Assembly: GCA_050575255.1 (NCBI GenBank)
Contig: JBNZDD010013714.1
Span: 7,784,412 to 7,848,411 of the forward strand
DNA: 64,000 nucleotides
Origin: Harriotta raleighana
Lineage: Eukaryota
Direction: 5' to 3'
A program made the position numbers and the translations under genes. The notes beneath the pieces are model-generated. The model was not told where the DNA came from. It saw only the letters and a program-made list of their open reading frames with translations, and did no database searches. Every line of letters begins with the position of its first letter. Positions within the stretch are counted from its first letter, which is position 1. Of the stretch, positions 26,979 to 40,282 are shown piece after piece.

Positions 26979-28032
26979 TAGATGTTATACTGATGATCAC
27001 TGTAATCACTTCAGATGTGAGCAAGAGGACTTGGCAAACTGAAGATAAGAAGGGAGCAAGGAGTATGATTCTGAAAAGAAAATCACCATTGNCGATGATC
27101 ACTTCAGATGTGAGCAAGAGGACTTGGCAAACTAAAGATAAGAAGGGAGCAAGGAGTATGATTCTGAAAAGAAAATCACCATTGAGATCATTTTATTATT
27201 CTGATTCGAACTTTAATAAACTTTCAGCCCTTCTGTGCTGGAGACATTGAGTGAAATCAAATAATTTACTTAAATATCTCCATTAGATTTGACGTTGAAG
27301 TACAAGGATTAATTGTGCAATATTTCTTAATGGATTTCTTGATTAAGAAATGCCTTTATTAAGAAATCCTAGTGGGGACTCCTTCTGGTAACTGAAACTT
27401 CTTAGTGAACATTCCTCAGAGTTCAAGGAACCTTGTTGCAAAAATTTATATTCCAAGAAGTCCACATTACAGATCTAGATTTCTCAAATAAGAAAACCAT
27501 TTAGAAATCCCACAAAATTGACCTAGTATTGTTTTTTTACTTTTGTTACAGGCTACTGTGCAAAAATGTTTTTTTTTAAATTGGTCAGTTAATCCATGAC
27601 TGTTTATACTGTTTTACATTGCCCCATGCACAATCGGTTATCGCGTTTCATCCACAAAATATAGTCAATTTATTTTACAGTATATTATTATATCTGATAT
27701 CCTAGTGGACTCAAAGAACCAATGCAGAAGCAGGGGATTCACAGTTACAGTATTGGGTTATTTAATTCAAGCGCTTTTGTTCATCCACACAGTGCAAATC
27801 ATTTCAGTGAATTGTTCTTTCATGTTGATGTGGTGGCAACAAGGGAATTGATGAGTCTCATCAATAGTTTCTAATGAATAATGCAATGTTAGAATATATC
27901 AATAAGCCCACACAGAGATGAGATAGGGACAGAGAAGGGGACAAAGCAATAAAGCGAGGAGGACTACCGTCAGATCGCTCATACAGTCTTTCAATCCTAG
28001 GTTGACCCTCTTCGATATAATAATAATATTAA

Positions 28033-28110
28033 TGATAATAATAATCCTTGCATTTGATGGAGCTTTTCACATCTTCTAGACATCTCAAAGTGCTTCACAG
28101 AATACACAGT
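28033..28110 (-). mobile_element. SINE family A tail fragment
   Basis: taataatccttgcatttgat...cttttcacatcttctagacatctcaaagtgcttcacag. Confidence 0.8.
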
Positions 28111-28351
28111 AACCCTTTTCATTACCGCCTGACCTAGGATAAGCCACTTTAAAATATATAAATATATTTTACTGGTTTCAAACCGTTTTTGTGGGCTCTA
28201 CATTTAGTTAGTTTGGTATTGCGTTTGTTAAGTGTACTTATATATTAAAAAAAGTGTATTTTTCAGTGAACAAACACTTCAATTTACAGTACATGCTTTG
28301 AGATGTGAAAGCTACTATATCAAACACAAGGAATATTATTGTAGGAACAAT

Positions 28352-28415
28352 ACCAGCATCTTGGGATGTCCTCCCGATGTGAAAGGCATTGTACAAGATA
28401 ATTTTGTTGTTGTTA
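28352..28415 (+). mobile_element. short L2-type tail (family B)
   Basis: cagcatcttgggatgtcctcccgatgtgaaaggc...aattttgttgttgtt. Confidence 0.7.
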
Positions 28416-30484
28416 CAGATAGTAATCCTAAATATTTCCAGCTGTAGCATTTGATTTGACAAAATATAAGATGAAAACAAAAAACATTTTCTACAAAATA
28501 AAGAGAAAATTAGAACTGTGTTTTAGTTGATAGACAGCAGCAACCTGGAGGCAAATAGGATCTGATATTGAAAAGTGTCCAGATATGTTCATCATAACCA
28601 AGAAGAGTGCATTGTTTCCATTGTGGGTTGGTAGCAAGGGTAGGCCCACAGATTCATTATGTTAATAGTGCACTAGAACAACATGCTTTAGATATGAAAG
28701 TACTTCCAGTATTTATTATAGGAAATATAAAGTGCCTCATTGTATGTACCAGTTCAGTGTTCTCAGAGAAATGTTGTTGCCTTTATTAATTTTCAAAAGC
28801 CTTGGTTTTTGTCTGAGCAAAAATATTTTCTTCTACACTCCACAAAACATAGTTATTAGTGTGCAAAATGTACAGAATGCTTTAAAACCAAACATTGGAA
28901 TTTATTGTAATCTCAGTCAATCTGCGTAGCCTTGATTTCTTTCACTTTATTGTATCATTTTGTAAAGTTTTTTTGTGGACTGTGGTCTAAATTCTCTTTA
29001 AGTCTGTAATACAGTAATACCATCTTATTTTGTTTCTCTTTGGATAAAATGTATTTATGGCCTTGAGCTGGCTTTGAGCACACTTTGGGGGGAAATAAGT
29101 GGAAGCAAACAAAAGCATGAGAGTAATGAGTCAGAGAAAGAAAATAAATCTAAAGTAATTTGTCAGGGTAGTACTGTATTTCAGTTGCTTTATGTGACCA
29201 AAATAGGCTGTAAAATCCTATGGGTCAAAGTTGTTGCAGTATTGAATGTTAGTGCAAAAAAAAACAAGAATCTGAATTTGAAGAAAATTCTCCATGATAA
29301 ATGGACCACTGTAAACACCACATTGCTTCTTGTTGTTGCTGCAAAATATATAGCATACCGTAATCTCAGAGCAATGTGCTATTGTGTTGCTACTTTTGCT
29401 TTAAAAGAAAAGTCCATCAATATTTTAAACCAAGAAATCCCATATATCGACTTTAGGGAACAAAGGAGCTTTAATTATTCCGCATTAACCATGTTTTCTT
29501 ACCACTGAGCCTCTGGATTCTGTGCTAGTGTAAAGTAAAATGTATAATTTGATATAAATTGAGTTTATTTGAAACTACCACTCTGAGAGGCAAAAATGGG
29601 GACTTGGCTTGTGAATGTGGGGTATTAGTCTTTGATAGTAAAGGGCGTAAAATAGTGACTAAACAAAATACATCACACAAATTATGTTTTACTGACTCTG
29701 AACTATTTATGTTAGTGAAGCAATATATCAAACTGAAAGGTACATTTCTTACAAGCAACATTACCTTACAGAAAGCTTTGTCAGAGAACTCAAGCAATTA
29801 TAGTGAAATAAATCAATGTGTTTTTCAAAGCTTATGAAATTCTGAGTATTTTAGAAAAACATTCATGGTTTCTTCCCAAACCTTACATTAGGATTCTCAC
29901 CAATACAATAAATAAAAAAGGTATCTGGATACATCAGCCATTGCGGACGATGTTATACTGTCACATTACATATTTCACCACTAAACACTATAAGTATACC
30001 AGAATAGGACATTTACATGGTCAGTGAAATTTCAGCATGCCAGAGATATACTGATTGGAGAGTACCTCATAATATTATGCAATTTACTTGAGAGACATTT
30101 TGCTTCTGTTGTTAAACTGCTTATCAAACTCAGCAACTGTTCACTCTAAAATGTTATCATTCATTCCCTCAAACTCTTTAAAATTCCATTGGTGAAGGCA
30201 ATGAGGACAGCATTAAATTCCACCGTGTCTGATATAGTACTTTGTATGTCCAGACTATGACCCTGTAGGCAATAACTGAGCAATGAGTGCTCAGGAAACC
30301 TGGCAGCTGCAGTATTTTGCCATCAAAGTGTATTAAAAAATAAAATGTGTGTCTAGCAAAATGGCAGCTGAATTACAAAATTGTATTCAAATTCTAAAAA
30401 GCTATTCATTTTCCAATATTAAACTAATGGTCGTAACAGATCAGACAGATTATTTGTTCATTTATGTTTTATTGTTATATTTTC

Positions 30485-30802
30485 AATAATAATAATAATC
30501 CTTGCATTTGATATAGTACTTTACACATCTTATCGACGTCCCAAAGTGCTTCACAGAATATACTGTAAAGTGAATTGATTGTATATTTGTGGGCGGAATG
30601 CGGCAGCCAATTGCACACAGCANTAGCCTACAAACATGGATTGAAATGACCAATTTTATTGTTGTGGTTTTTTTTGGAGGGATTATTATTAAGCAGGTGG
30701 AGTAAAGAAACTTGCCCAAGGTTTCGCCCTGATCTGCCTGGATTCGAACACAGGTCTCATGCTTGAAAGGCAAGTGCTCTAACCACTAAGCCACAGGAGC
30801 TC
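30485..30802 (-). mobile_element. SINE family A, full length
   Basis: rc head gagctcctgtggcttagtggttagagc...gttcgaatcc, Deu core, tail. Confidence 0.9.
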
Positions 30803-32104
30803 AAATGAGAGAAATGGGTAAAAATCCCATCTGAGTCTAGATTTATTCATTTCAGAGCAATAGAGACTTTGGCAAATTGTTAAGTAGACCTTGAGAATCC
30901 GTTTTCCTACATATTTACCTGCCCACCCGTCTAGTTGCAATTATTAATTTCGAAATCATTTTTGACTTGTGAAATAAAAATGACAACTGCAAACTTTTGC
31001 CATTTCTCCAATAAGAATACTGCCATTGTACAGTTTAATCCTGTTAGGTTTGTTCTATATATTGGACTGAGGAACATGCTGGTTGAATGCACAGAGCAGA
31101 TGGTACTCATTGTGGCTGCTCCTCCCACCTCCCCTTAAAGGAACACAAGCAGGTCAACGTATTTCAGTTGCAGCTCAATGAGCAGGGCAATTACCTAATC
31201 CCGATGGACACTGTCGATGCCAAAGAAAAAGTCAAAAGCAGGAAATGGGACAAGAAAACCCAAACTGATCTCACACAACAGTTTCCAGCGACACAGTTCA
31301 CCGAACATTTTGCATGCACGGTGAAGCAGACCTGATGCTATGTATTCAACCAGCAAAGACATAGTGATGCATCTCATTGGGATTCTAGACCAGCACATTC
31401 ACAGCCTTCCTATTCCAAATTCCTTTTGAAATCAGACTGTATTCCGGAGGATGAGATCAATTGGCCCGAAGGGCCTTCTCCATCCAAACCAATCTTTTGC
31501 TCTTGAGAACTTTGGGGTTTCATTTCGATAACACATAAGAGAGATTATCCTGTCATCCATGATTGATTGATTTGTTGTCGTGATATCGCAAACATAACCA
31601 GCAAGTAATGGCCCAGTTCCCTTTCTCTAAAAGAGAAACGCACGTGAGAAAAGCGAATGAGATTATCCTAGAAAATCACAGCAACTAATCATCTGGCCAC
31701 CATGGTATCCCATCCCACTACATGAGAGTCAACAACAACAAACATTTATATAGTTCTCCCCCATGCGGATCAGCATCTTGGAGCACTTTAACGTGGCAAA
31801 GCCTGATGCCGAGCTGGGGATCAAGCTACTTAAGGTCCTTTTCCACCTAATATGCAACAAGGAAGCATTGCCACAAACTTGAACAAATCTGTTGGCATCT
31901 TTATGAAGAAGTTGTGATTAAAGAACTGGGATGTCATTCCCTCACATATCACATTTTTTTCTAACTATGAGAGAAGAAAGCTTACATTCTCAGATGACCA
32001 ATTAAAGATATAGGAAGATAAAAACATCAATGTTTGAGATCCTATGTTTGAGCACTGATTGAAAGAGTGTGTAGCACAGGAAAGAGTGAGATTAGAATTT
32101 GTTT

Positions 32105-32320
32105 CAACAACAACAAATTTCATTGTTATAGCATATTTCACTTTGGGAGGACATCCCATGGCACTGGACAGTTAGTGAGATGGACTGAACAGGAAGTTGG
32201 GATCAGGTAGGGCCAAGGGCAGGGAAGATATGGGTTAGAAGGGCGAAGAAGGCACAGTCGAAGAGGAGGGTCTTGAGGGAGGTAAGGGAGGGAGCAAAAC
32301 AAAGGGACAGTGGGTTAGAG
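32105..32320 (-). mobile_element. L2 LINE 3' end with family-B tail
   Basis: rc cctccctcaagacccctcctcttcgac...cagtgccatgggatgtcctcccaaagtgaaa...(TTG)n. Confidence 0.7.
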
Positions 32321-33243
32321 TTCTAAAGGCTTCAGTACAATATCACTTGACATACCTTCCATCTTCCATTTTCTTTACAGTATTGATACATCTGGTTAAA
32401 AAAATCTCCATATAGTAGACCCCAAAGATTTTAGTACAAATGGGGTCGGGAGATGAGAAATGTTATCAATGACGATAAAAAGGACCAAGTTTAAATGTTG
32501 GAGATTTGAAAATGGCAGAAACATATACTGGCTTCGATTAACTTGCAGTTCAGGGAGGTGCTATCTGGAACTTTTCTCCAGAGATTGAAATGTAGTCTGT
32601 GTTGCAGCAAATAGGATTTCAGTAGACTGGGCTTTGGTGAGCTAACTGTTTTTATTTGTCTTGTGCTTGTGTTATGTTCTTATTGCTGATGCTGCAATAA
32701 TTCAGTGTCTATGGTGGGTTGCAAGCTGATAAAGGAGGTGCTGTCAGACCAGCTATTACAATTTACAGAAAATACTTCAACCTCACACATCCTCAGTACG
32801 TTGGTGGAGCTCCTGAGAATAAAAATGGCAACAAAAAAAAACTCCTAAGGGGACAATGAGATTGGTTACACAAAGTAAATTACATACAGCAACAAAGCTG
32901 ATTTGCCTATACAGAAACGTTACCAGAAATAACAGTGGTTATATTAGAATTGCTCTTACTCTCCTGATGGCTTCACTGCCCGCCCTGTTAGAGCATACCA
33001 GAATAAGGAGAATTAGGGAAATAAGAATCAATGTATAAGAGAGAGGGAGAAGACTGATAATGTGGCCTGAATTTGATTTTAAATGCCTCGCTCTGCACAG
33101 AGAGCCAGGTTAATGCCTGTCAAATATAGGACAGGCATGTTCAATAACACTGGAATGGATATAACAGAGCATGTCTCTTGGGGTGCAGGTGGTCCCACTC
33201 CTCTATTTTGGGAAACTGATAAACCCAAGAAATCAAAGAGTAT

Positions 33244-33278
33244 GTTCTGACGAAGGGTTGTGCACCCGAAACGTTGAC
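33244..33278 (+). ncRNA. minimal type I hammerhead ribozyme motif
   Basis: CUGANGA 33247-33253, stem II 33255-58/33264-67, GAAA 33268-71, palindromic ACGU stem III, predicted cut after U33275, stem I GUU/GAC. Confidence 0.6.
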
Positions 33279-33342
33279 TCACTTTCCTTTCTCCATGGAT
33301 GCTGCCTGACTTGCTAAGTTTTCCCCAGCAACTTCTGTGGTT
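33244..33342 (+). mobile_element. ~99-nt Penelope-type element with minimal hammerhead ribozyme, 14-bp TSD
   Basis: GTT-CTGACGA-A-GGGT(tgtgc)ACCC-GAAACGT-T-GAC core. Perfect direct repeat AAATCAAAGAGTAT at 33230-33243 and 33343-33356. Confidence 0.75.
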
Positions 33343-34883
33343 AAATCAAAGAGTATAGTTGGCATTGATTGTCATGCCTGAGGATACGGGAGCTTCTACA
33401 GTGACACCAATAGTATATGAGGATGTGGCAAGGCTTGGCATTGCCAATTAGTCAACAGCATACAACATTACAGGATTACTGCTAAGCACATACAAAGTAC
33501 TGTACTTTTACTCTTATCAGGTTAACCACACAATGGGTTAGATATATTTGCGAAAAATGTGACAAAACAAAGTGCCCTCATCAACCATATAGTCCCAGGC
33601 ATCAATATAATGCAAATACGACTAAACATGCCCCGAGATCGATGATGGAGTTGAACATTGATGTTTGTTCAAATAACGGTGACAAATTGGTCAATTTCCC
33701 ACCATGTGCCTTAACAATTCCTTAATTCAGTAAAACTGCAGCATACTTCACTCTTTGAAAGGAACTAAGTTCCAGCTAAATCAATACCTTAGTGGTGCCA
33801 TCCAAATCCCTTGCCTCCCAGTATTTCAGTGATGATAGATCAAAACAAAAATCACACCAGCAGTTCGAATGCAGGCAGTAACATCATCTGACCTTATTAT
33901 GAAATAGTAACATGACAAAACCCTTTGCATGTGAAATGCCGCCTACATCAATTAGCTATCCACAGCATGTTTCTTCCCTCAAAATAAGCAAAGGTTCTAT
34001 TCTGCCCTGTTGGAATTTATAAACCACACAAGGTTGATTTAAAAAATGATCCAAACAAGCAGCCAGTAATAAGTTATGTATCTGGAAGCAAGGAAGCTTT
34101 ATTACTTGAAAGTTGTTCATTATGGTTTAGTGTTTTGAGATGTAGGAATGAAAATAGTAGTGTTTCATAACAGGTTCGATAAGATAAATATCACTCTGAA
34201 CATATTTTTAAGAAGTTACTGATTTTACTCTGGTGTCTGGTGTTAAGAGACCAACATTTCTCTTTCACAGTGATTTGATATCATTACAAGACTCACATAT
34301 TTTTTAGGTAGCTCTGAATTATATTTGTTTGATTGCATAACGTTAAAGAGTTTGTAAATATGAAAAGGAAACTAAATGAAGAAATTAAACTCCTGCATTT
34401 AATAAAATTTAATTAATGTTCGAAACATAGAGTAAGCATGAATCTTATCACACATAACAGCAAGTGTAAAAGTCTCTACAGAGTTGGCATTAATTGGATG
34501 ATCCCCACAGAGGGACTAGAGATCAGGACAACAAGACTTTAATTTCAGCAAGTGACTGACAGTTATTCCAAAAGATGTGATCTGAAGTTAATTTAGATTA
34601 ATGTTAAAGCCAATTATTTTGTGACAGTAAAATATTCACGTTTCATTTCACAAATTGTGCTTTTTTTTAAACTTCATACTAACTCCATGTCAGACTAAAC
34701 ATTTAAAATAATTAGCTCGGCATTGTACAATCTGCTTTCGTAAAAAAAGATTTCAAAACAGAACAGCTAGTTGTTGTTTGATTACTCTTTAGAGAAATTA
34801 ATTTCAGGAAGAACTTCCTTATCAATTCACACAAAAGAAACTTTCTAGTGCTTAATTATTTGGGTTTGGAAATATAATACATA

Positions 34884-35062
34884 TAATAATAATCCTTGCA
34901 TTTGATATAGCGCTTTTCACGGCTTCTAGACATCTCAAAGCACTTCACAGAATATATTGTAAATTGAATTGACTGCATACTAGTGGGAAAAACGCAGCAG
35001 CCAATTAGGTACAGCAGTGTCCCACAAACATTCGTGGATTGAAATGAACAATTCATTATTGT
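34884..35062 (-). mobile_element. SINE family A, 5'-truncated
   Basis: Reverse complement of Deu core and tail. Confidence 0.9.
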
Positions 35063-36399
35063 TGTTTGATATAGTCCTTCTCAAAGAGTTAATTGATAAC
35101 AACAAAAATTTGTAATGATGTTGCCCCCTTCACAGGGCTAGCAACTCAGAGAGTGTTTACTGTCAAACAAATTACCCTTTTGTCATCATTTGTATATGCA
35201 GAGAAAAATAACCTATAATTATCTCATTATGCTTTACGCATAAGCTAACATTCTGCGAAATAGCACGTTATCCTCACAATAGTCCTTTGGCTAGAAGATA
35301 AATCAGACATTGAGGGAACAAACATCTATTTCATTTAACATCTATGTCCTAGCCCTGAGGGTACTATTGTTTCTGCCTTTTTTTCAATTTATCAGGGTTT
35401 CTTGTCGTACCACCCTCCACATCTAAAATCCCTCATCTCTAAATGCTCTCCACTCTCCCAACCTGCCTTTAAATGAGTATTTTTGCATCAAACTTCAATA
35501 GAGCTGCACAAGAGGGCTGCAGTTACCATTCTGCCAATTTGTCAAACCATATTAGTGCCGCACTACACTGCCACCATGGTAACCAGTACAATATTACATT
35601 AGAATAACTTTGCACGTGAAACACAAGCAAGAAAATCTATACACGTCAAAGCTGTTATAAATCACAACATCATTGCAACAGTTCCTAAGTATGTATCACA
35701 TATGCAAGCCAGCATCTCATTTAATTAAACACTAGAAGGCAGTCTTGCATACTCCAGCGGGAGAGTTGGATGTAACATCTTTAAGCTACATTAATAATTT
35801 TATGTTGAAGATAATTTTAGAATTATTAATCTTTGTAACTTTTTGCAGTGATTTAACTTTTTCAACGAAAAAGGCACTCCTAAAGTAGCTTATTAATCAA
35901 ATTGCTTTGAGACATTTCAGTGTGATTAAGTGGGTGATTAGGTAATTATTATTTATGATATTTACTACAATTACCAGATCCCAAACCTTCTATAGTAATT
36001 GGGGCATCGGTTGCAGTGGATAGCTAACCTTATCTTTAATCAACGGGTTATATTGCTTGAATGTTTTGTGAAAGTGGCAAATCAGTAGTCCTGCTTAGAA
36101 GTCTCAAGAAGTGGACAATCCATTTTTTAAAATTGTATTGGTTAATTTGTAAGGCATTTATGTGGTCATTTATTTTCTGGTCATAAGTATTTTGGCAGCG
36201 TTGTTTCTATTATTTGCTATGCACCCTTTGCGGTGGTGTGAGATGCAAGAGACATACAGGATGTTTGATATTATTAAATCATCCTTTTGCCATTGTGAAA
36301 CCGAAAGAAACTAAATTATTGTTTTTGCTTTCTCCTGGTTTAAATTGCTATTGTACAACGAAACGGCAAATCAGGAAGCTTCTTCAAATCAGATTTGTA

Positions 36400-36470
36400 A
36401 ATAACAACAACAATAAAATTACATTTGTGTGGTGCCTTTCACATCAGGAGGACGTCTCAAGGCGCTGAAA
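36400..36470 (-). mobile_element. short L2-type tail (family B)
   Basis: rc ttcagcgccttgagacgtcctcctgatgtgaaaggcacc...(TTG)n. Confidence 0.7.
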
Positions 36471-37175
36471 TTTCCGCCATCTTCTGTACCGCATGTCACA
36501 AGGGCTTAATAATGGACTGTAACTTATATTGTGAAGTGGTGACTTCATTTACACCAAATCAAAGAGCTCTGCTTCTCTAAGCCCACTTGCTTTAGCTACA
36601 GCAAAGTCTGGTTTTCATTTTCCTTGATACCAATCCAATTCATCACTTTTTTAATGGATAAGTTAAATAATAAATTTACACATAGGGCAGGGTAAGCCCA
36701 AGAGCATTTCTATGTTTAGAAAGTTGTTGCAATGGGAGGGGGTAAGTTGACCCACATAAGTTCTTGTGGATATTGGATCAATCACATTCCTTTTAAATAC
36801 ATTCACTCACTCTTACAGAAATAACGTTCAATTGCTTGAACTTGTACTGACTTTGGCCACCGCTGTTTCACACTATGTTTAGACCTCTGTTCTGGATGTG
36901 ATTCTTATACCAATACATTTGAATCCCGATGTGTGTGACAACAAAAAAAACATTAACTATCTCATTCTAAAGGGGATTTGTTTGTATTTCAACCAACTAA
37001 CTTTGTAATGGCTCATCAATCTGCCTATGTGTTTTTAAAGATCAGTAGCCATTTTCATGGGGCGCAAAGGAAATTTCCCAATTTCCTATATAGCCAGCTC
37101 ACCCCTGGGTCCAATCATGAATACAGTTTGTCTTATAACCATTTCAGAAATGTTTCATCTAAATCAAGATATATC

Positions 37176-37290
37176 AAAATATACAGTCAATTCACTTTAC
37201 AGTATTTTCTGTGAAACGCTTTGAGATGTTGCAAAGATGTGATAAAGCACTATATTAATTGCCAGGAATATTATTAGGATTATTATTAAG
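37176..37290 (+). mobile_element. SINE family A 3' fragment
   Basis: atacagtcaattcactttacagt...gtgaaacgctttgagatg. Confidence 0.8.
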
Positions 37291-37494
37291 GTTTCAGGTT
37301 ACAAATTAACCTTCAACATCACCTCCAAAATATACTACAGTATATTGTATGTTTAAATTTGTTAACTTATTTGATGAAATTTGAGAAAGATCAGATGTGA
37401 AGCAGGGTTCCTGCTGGGTTTAGCATTGTTACATGCTGGGGAGTCCTCTGATGCTTGATAAATTCAATGTGACAGAGACAGATATGAATGAGCA

Positions 37495-38150
37495 CATAGA
37501 ATCATAGAATTTTACAGCACAAAAGGAGGCCAATCGGCCCCTCATATCTGTGCCGGCTCTTTGAAAAGAGTTATTCAAAGTCAATCCCACTTCCCGTTTG
37601 TCTCTCCATTACCCTGCAAACTTGTCCTCCTCAAATAACTATTCACCTTTTTTTTAAAGTTGTTATCGAATCGGCCTCTACCATCCTTTCAGGTAATGGA
37701 TTCCAGAATCGAACAACTCGCTGCGTGAAAACATTTCTCCTCATCTCCCTTCTGCTTGTTTCAGAAACTATTTTAAACCTGTGACCTTGAGTCACTGACA
37801 CACCCACCAATGGAAACAGTTCTTCCCTGTCTACCCTATCGAATCCCTTCATGATTTTGAATACCTCTATTAGGTCTCCTTGTAACCTTCTCTGCTCCAT
37901 TGAGAATAATCTTAGCCTCTCCAGATTTCCTCATAACCCAAGTCCCTCATTCCTGGTACCATCCTGGTAAATCTCCTCTGCCCCCTTTCCAATGCCTTAA
38001 CACCCTTCCTAAAGTGTGGTGCCCAGAATTGAACATAGTACTCTAGCTGAGGACTAACCAACGTTTTACATAGGTTAATCATAACTTCCTGACTTTTGTA
38101 CTCTATGCCCCTCGTATCCCTTATGCTTTTTTAACAGCCTTAACTACCTG
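37495..38150 (-). mobile_element. CR1 LINE 3' fragment (disrupted ORF2 C-terminus and 3' UTR)
   Basis: RGIEYKSQEVM..LVSPQLEYYVQFWAPH...EQRRLQGDLIEVFKIMKGFD...FTQRVVRFWNPLP. Terminal (ATTCTATG)n octamer seen as catagaatcatagaat at 37495. Confidence 0.92.
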
Positions 38151-38229
38151 TCTATATACTACAGTACCTGTAAATACATATACTAATTGCAGATACAAGC
38201 AAAGGTTGGTTTGACTGTACTTTCTCTGT

Positions 38230-38690
38230 TTGGGCTGCTAACCCCTTGCTGAGACTTGAAATGATGAATAGCACTGATGATGCCTCAATGCCATTCACCT
38301 CTGTTAGTAACAGCTCTCTCCAATGTGTTGGTGGTGATGTTCCAAAGCTGGAGGTCATGTCCTTGAAGTTCAATGCTGACATCTGAGTGATTGTTTCCTT
38401 TGTTTCAACTGGAAGTAGAGCATGTGCTTTGATTAGACAGTCTTCTGGCATCATAGCATTATGGTCAGTGCTGGCTGCCATGCTTTTAAAATCATCACCT
38501 CAATGTTGGTACCCGTTGTTGTGGACAGAACTTCATTATTGGACTCCTACTTTTGCGATTGACTGAATGATCAGGATGGTGTGGAACTTTCATTCCGGGT
38601 CTTGATGTACTGATCGACTGTGTGTTGTCCATGTCTCCAAGCTATAACAAAGTGAGGTCAAGGCATCCATAGCTTCAACTTGATTGCCAA
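38230..38690 (-). mobile_element. degenerate RTE-clade LINE ORF C-terminal fragment
   Basis: Across frameshifts the rc reads LCYSLETWTTH..EKFH..SNNEVLS...NIEVMIL...MPEDCLIK.MLYFQLKQ...NFKD...NRGEW, matching the RTE pattern LLYGxETWT..NxEVL..IExMI..MPxxRLPKxxLYxxL..RFKD..DRxxW. Confidence 0.7.
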
Positions 38691-39444
38691 TTAACTTATT
38701 CTCTAAATTTGCTCTAATTTAGAGAATTAGAGAACTTCTCTAAAGTTAGCTCTCATTTTATTCCATTAACTCTTTTGATGTATTGCTTACAACAAAGAGA
38801 TTTAAACTCGGTTAGTTGTTCAGTTTGGCGAAACCTCTCACCTCCACAAACAGTGTGTGTATTGTGAAGATCATTCTGTGTTTTGGCAGAATCTTTCCTG
38901 ATTGATTTCCATCTCCATACCTAGCATTTAGCACAACTTCTATTTTCCATTCTAGACCAAGTTTAGCCACATTTCTTTTTCTTGTATTTTATTTAGTCTC
39001 ATTTGTAGATAGGAATTGTGAGCATGGCTTAGTTTTAAATCATTTAGTGATATTTTTCCTCGCATGCATTTTCATAGCTCTCTCTGGCTCTCCTGGAAAT
39101 CAGTGCAATAAATCATACTTCCTCTCGTGGTCTGGTGGGTTCTGCATTATTTTCTCATGGAGGTACAATGTGCTCAGAATACTGGGGAATAAAATGTGGT
39201 GTGCAAGGTGCTAATTATTGCATTCTGCAATTTTCACCCCATTATTTCGTTCATTTTTATGGAAAATACGAGTGTCAGGTTTGTAAAGGTTCAACAATTT
39301 TAACTCTGTAAGTACCATTGAAGGGAAAGAACAGGCACTACGATAAAGAATTCAAACAAACTGAATTCAATCTTAAAATTGGCACAAATGATGTGGACGC
39401 ATAGTTGAGGATAGGGGCATAGGATAGGGGATTAGGGGAGGTTG

Positions 39445-39523
39445 GAGTTCTTGCGTGAAGTATAAATCTCAGGCACAGGTTGAATGACTGGTATCTGTGC
39501 TATACACTCTGTGTAATTCTATG
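39445..39523 (+). mobile_element. CR1-type 3' UTR tail fragment
   Basis: gtataaatctcaggcac...gaatgactggtatctgtgctatacactctgtgtaattctatg. Confidence 0.55.
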
Positions 39524-40282
39524 CAGATCAGAATATTTCTACAAAACTCAGTTTTGTAGTTCATTTGTGAATAACTGCATTTTCTCTCAATTGAATCCTG
39601 TCCGATTTGGTTTGACCTGTCCTTTTAAAAAACTGAGCACATGTAACATCTAATAGAAAGCTGAGACAGGACATGAATTATTGAAGTGACTGTGCCAAGT
39701 GCAAATTATATTATGTGAGAAAGAAAAATGGCTGTAATGTAATAAAAGAGGATGAACAGAGAAAGAAAGGAAAAAGCTGCAAATTAGTTTAAGCCACAAG
39801 ATATCAGAAATTCAGAACACTTAAACACCAACTCAACTGTTAACCAGAGATAATCTCAGTGAGTTTTTGAGGCATCTCCTGCACTTTAATACACTGGGGT
39901 GTAATTTAAACTTTACCATATTTTTTCACATTTCGGATTTGACAATTTCCTTTCACTAAAATTGATGTTGACAATAAATCATTCCATGTTCATTATCTAT
40001 TCCTTAGCGATCCTTATTAAACTGTAAAAAGAATGGTGGTGTCTATATAATTAATATTTCTGATACAATTTTCCTTAATAAATTATCACATAGTAATCTA
40101 ATTTAACATTGTAAAGTCTGATTATATTTTATGAATCAAATTTGGAATCCATTATCTATCAAGAGACCTGACTGAAACCTCAGTCCTCCCTTCTCGGGTT
40201 GCTTCTCAGCCTTACATTTCAGGTTCCTTTGGTTTCAAGGTCTGAAATACAAGCCATATATCAGATTGTAAGGAAATTTGTA

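Noticed and set aside
26822-27250. Recurrent ORFs containing [21 protein letters not shown]
   Set aside because: Translations of the SINE family A tail. This one is also extended by an N-gap duplication.
29074-29837. Consecutive 144-aa and 92-aa ORFs
   Set aside because: Non-ATG starts, AT-rich composition, no recognisable domain or splice-supported structure.
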